From Myxococcota bacterium (GTDB lineage Bacteria > Myxococcota_A > UBA796 > GCA-2862545): a stretch of 27,732 nt of DNA. The position numbers were made by a program, and so were the translations under genes. Below the pieces are notes generated by a model. That model made no database searches. It was not told the origin of the DNA and was given only the letters and a program-made list of their open reading frames with translations. Where the stretch lies: the NCBI GenBank assembly GCA_039208735.1, contig JBCCQY010000121.1, positions 1 through 27,732 on the forward strand, given 5' to 3'. Positions 25,304 to 27,732 of the stretch are shown here, in pieces. Numbering within the stretch: position 1 is the stretch's first letter; every line of letters begins with the position of its first letter.

Positions 25304-26365
25304 TCAAGGCCGAGGCGCGTTCTCCCAAGCGGGGTCGTGGAGCACCGTCACGGAGGCTCGGCCGTAGTCTCTGGCGAGGTCGCGCAAGCCGGCGGCGGCG
25401 GGACCGTTGTCCCCTCGGAGGGCCAGGTAGATGTCCCGCGTATGGCGCCCCGTCACCGTCGCAAGGTGGACGGTGAGCGCACCGATCTCGGTCTCGAGCT
25501 GCTCTTCGAGGTCTTGCAGCAGTTCGAGTTGTTCGGGTTCGGGCATGCCTTCGTCATTGCCGTCGTACCGAAAGGACAGGTGCGCCACCGTATCGTGAAA
25601 GGGATGATTCCAGCGGCGCCGAGGCACGTTGAATCGAATCACTTTCCGATACCCCTCAGGGTCTTTGAACTGGCCCACCAGGCCGCGACCTTCCTTCCAC
25701 CGAACGTTGGCGACGTCTTCGATGAGCTGTCGAAAGGCAACGGCATCCAACGCATCGGGGGGAGCGGGCTCGGGCGATGGCTGAATCGCCCGAATCCAGG
25801 TTTCAACAGCGTCTTCACCGATGATGTTGTCGAGGGTGATGAAGAGGGGCGTTTGCCGTTGTCGCTCGGTGAGTCCTTCGAATGAGGGGTGGTGTACCAC
25901 CACATCGATGGCGCAGCGCTGCTCATCCAGGTCGACGGCGTAGCGGAAGTCTCGGTACGCAAACTCCTGCGGGCCAAACCGTACCGCCATCCCGTCAGTG
26001 AGCTCGAAGATAGGCTGGCGCGAAGCATAAAACTCGAAGTCTGGGTCGTCGGTGGGCGCTTCGGCTTCCCAGCGTTCGGCGAGGATGCGAAGGTTCGCGT
26101 TGCCCTCTCCGGAGACCACAAACCGATGTTTGGCGCGCTTGCCGGCACCAAATTCCCAGGCCAGCGGGCCTCCGATGTCTTGGACGTGTGCGCTGAGTTG
26201 CTGGACCAACACCGGATCTTGAGTACCGCCTTCGATGAGATTGAGGAGCGCCCCCTGATGCGCCCGCCACCAGCTCCAAAACTGGTGAATGGCCCCATCC
26301 GTGGAGTTCACTACGGCCGGTTGGGGCGGCGACCAGCCAAACAGCCAACGTACGAACCTCAGCAT
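25304..26365 (-). CDS. DUF695-domain-containing protein
   Basis: FWSWW, LAWEFG, FVVSGEG and LDNIIGE motifs; C-terminal Y....EGMP..E.L..L..LE..L.....LATVTG...R.IY. Confidence 0.7.
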   Translation of the reverse strand: MLRFVRWLFGWSPPQPAVVNSTDGAIHQFWSWWRAHQGALLNLIEGGTQDPVLVQQLSAHVQDIGGPLAWEFGAGKRAKHRFVVSGEGNANLRILAERWEAEAPTDDPDFEFYASRQPIFELTDGMAVRFGPQEFAYRDFRYAVDLDEQRCAIDVVVHHPSFEGLTERQRQTPLFITLDNIIGEDAVETWIRAIQPSPEPAPPDALDAVAFRQLIEDVANVRWKEGRGLVGQFKDPEGYRKVIRFNVPRRRWNHPFHDTVAHLSFRYDGNDEGMPEPEQLELLQDLEEQLETEIGALTVHLATVTGRHTRDIYLALRGDNGPAAAGLRDLARDYGRASVTVLHDPAWENAPRP

Positions 26366-26441
26366 TCGTGGGGGGTAACGTGCGTCACGCAGTGGGGGAC
26401 GAGGTGCAGCGTGCTATCGTGCGGGTTCCAGTGGAGGAATC

Positions 26442-27653
26442 ATGACTTCGATGCCCAACGTGCACGGAATGGTCGCGCCCGGTTTCGAGCCGGTTCGTGA
26501 CGCCTTCATCGAGAACTTTACCCGACGCAAGGAAATCGGGGCAGCGTGCGCGGTGTACCACCGGGGTGAGAAGGTGGTGGACCTTTGGGGAGGCCTGCGG
26601 GACCCCGCGCGAAATCTACCCTGGGAAGAAGACACCCTGGTTCTTGTGTTCTCGACCACCAAGGGCGTTTCCTCCATCGCGGTTGCCCATGCGCATGCCC
26701 GCGGCCGATTCGACTACGACCAGCCGATGGCGCAGTATTGGCCGGAGTTCGCGGAAAATGGAAAGGCAAACATCACGATTCGCCAGGTACTGAGCCACCA
26801 GGCCGGTCTGTGTGCCATCGACGAACCGTTGGACCTCGAGAAGCTGGCCGACCCCGATGTTGTCGCCGCGGCAGCCGCCAAGCAGGCGCCTGCGTGGACG
26901 CCCGGCGAACACCACGGCTACCACGGGTTGACCCTCGGCTGGTACGAGAGCGAACTGCTTCGTCGGACGGATCCGAAGAATCGAACGATTGGACGGTACT
27001 TTGCCGACGAGATTGCGCCAACGCTGGACATTGAGTTCTACATTGGACTGCCCGATACCGTGGATCCAGATCGCATCGCGGTCATTCAAGGCCAAAACTA
27101 CGCGCTCGGCATGCTCTTCAACTTGCACAAGCTGCCGCTCGGATTCGTGTGGGGCTTTCTCACACCAGGGTCCATCACCGCACGGGCTTTTGGCAATCCC
27201 GCCGTGCTTGGTCAGCCGCACCGCTACAATGAAGCAGCGATGCGGGCCATCGAGCTTCCCGCGGCCAACGGCATCGGGGAGGTTCGGGGGATTGCCCGAG
27301 CCTATGGAGACCTCGCGATTGGCGGACCTTCCCTTGAACTGGGGCCCCATACGCTCGATGCGCTCGAACGTGCCGCCCGGAGTCCGCAAAAAGGAACCTT
27401 TGACCTCGTGGTTCGTCGTGAGATGAGCTACGGTCTTGGGTATTGCAAGCCGTCGCCCGGGTTCGATTTCGGTTCTCCTCGTGCCTACGGAACGCCGGGT
27501 GCAGGAGGGTCCTTTGCGTATGCTGACCCCGAACTTGAGCTGGGCTTTGCCTACGCCATGAACCGCATGGACTACTACACGCTGATGGACCCCCGAGAAG
27601 TGGCGCTTTCAGAGAAGGCGTTCGAGGAACCCGGGGCTGACGGACCGGCCTGA
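26442..27653 (+). CDS. Serine hydrolase, beta-lactamase family (family VIII esterase-like)
   Basis: VVDLWGG, FSTTK (SxxK), LSHQAGL, HGYHGLT, GTPGAGGS.AYADP. GGAGG RBS. Confidence 0.93.
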   Translation: MTSMPNVHGMVAPGFEPVRDAFIENFTRRKEIGAACAVYHRGEKVVDLWGGLRDPARNLPWEEDTLVLVFSTTKGVSSIAVAHAHARGRFDYDQPMAQYWPEFAENGKANITIRQVLSHQAGLCAIDEPLDLEKLADPDVVAAAAAKQAPAWTPGEHHGYHGLTLGWYESELLRRTDPKNRTIGRYFADEIAPTLDIEFYIGLPDTVDPDRIAVIQGQNYALGMLFNLHKLPLGFVWGFLTPGSITARAFGNPAVLGQPHRYNEAAMRAIELPAANGIGEVRGIARAYGDLAIGGPSLELGPHTLDALERAARSPQKGTFDLVVRREMSYGLGYCKPSPGFDFGSPRAYGTPGAGGSFAYADPELELGFAYAMNRMDYYTLMDPREVALSEKAFEEPGADGPA

Positions 27654-27658
27654 ACGAC

Positions 27659-27732
27659 CTACGTGGGCGGGTTCGCGGCCTGCCACTGCTCCCGCATGGC
27701 GTGCGGAGTGAGGCGGACGGGCGGCTCGTCGA
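27659..27732 (-). CDS. Possible 3' end of a convergent gene (partial)
   Basis: Open frame ...DEPPVRLTPHAMREQWQAANPPT* ending 5 nt from the hydrolase stop, with GC3-rich codons. Too short to identify. Confidence 0.3.
   Translation of the reverse strand, partial: DEPPVRLTPHAMREQWQAANPPT

Overview
A GC-rich, gene-dense bacterial window. Its gene content (Ser/Thr kinase-PEGA-TonB fusion, ECF sigma with a TPR partner, FGE-sulfatase domain, many secreted hypotheticals) suggests Myxococcota, which is an inference. It opens with the 3' end of a Tn3-family transposase and its terminal inverted repeat, which appears to interrupt a signal-peptide gene. About 27 accessory or metabolic genes follow: a linalool dehydratase/isomerase-like protein, two PH-like small proteins, a multi-TM protein with a TIR-like soluble domain divergent from DUF4291, an internally deleted FGE-sulfatase gene, SRPBCC-ArsR, PaaI thioesterase, two serine hydrolases (one frameshifted), a second ArsR, an ECF sigma/anti-sigma-like pair, PA3286-type FabH plus enoyl-CoA hydratase, an atypical kinase-PEGA-TonB protein, M16 peptidase, SCO, DedA, MFS, two SAM methyltransferases with a PhyH dioxygenase, and a DUF695 protein. 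No rRNA, tRNA or CRISPR array was seen. Single-base losses in homopolymers hint at long-read assembly errors. All family calls come from motif recognition by eye, with no database searches.
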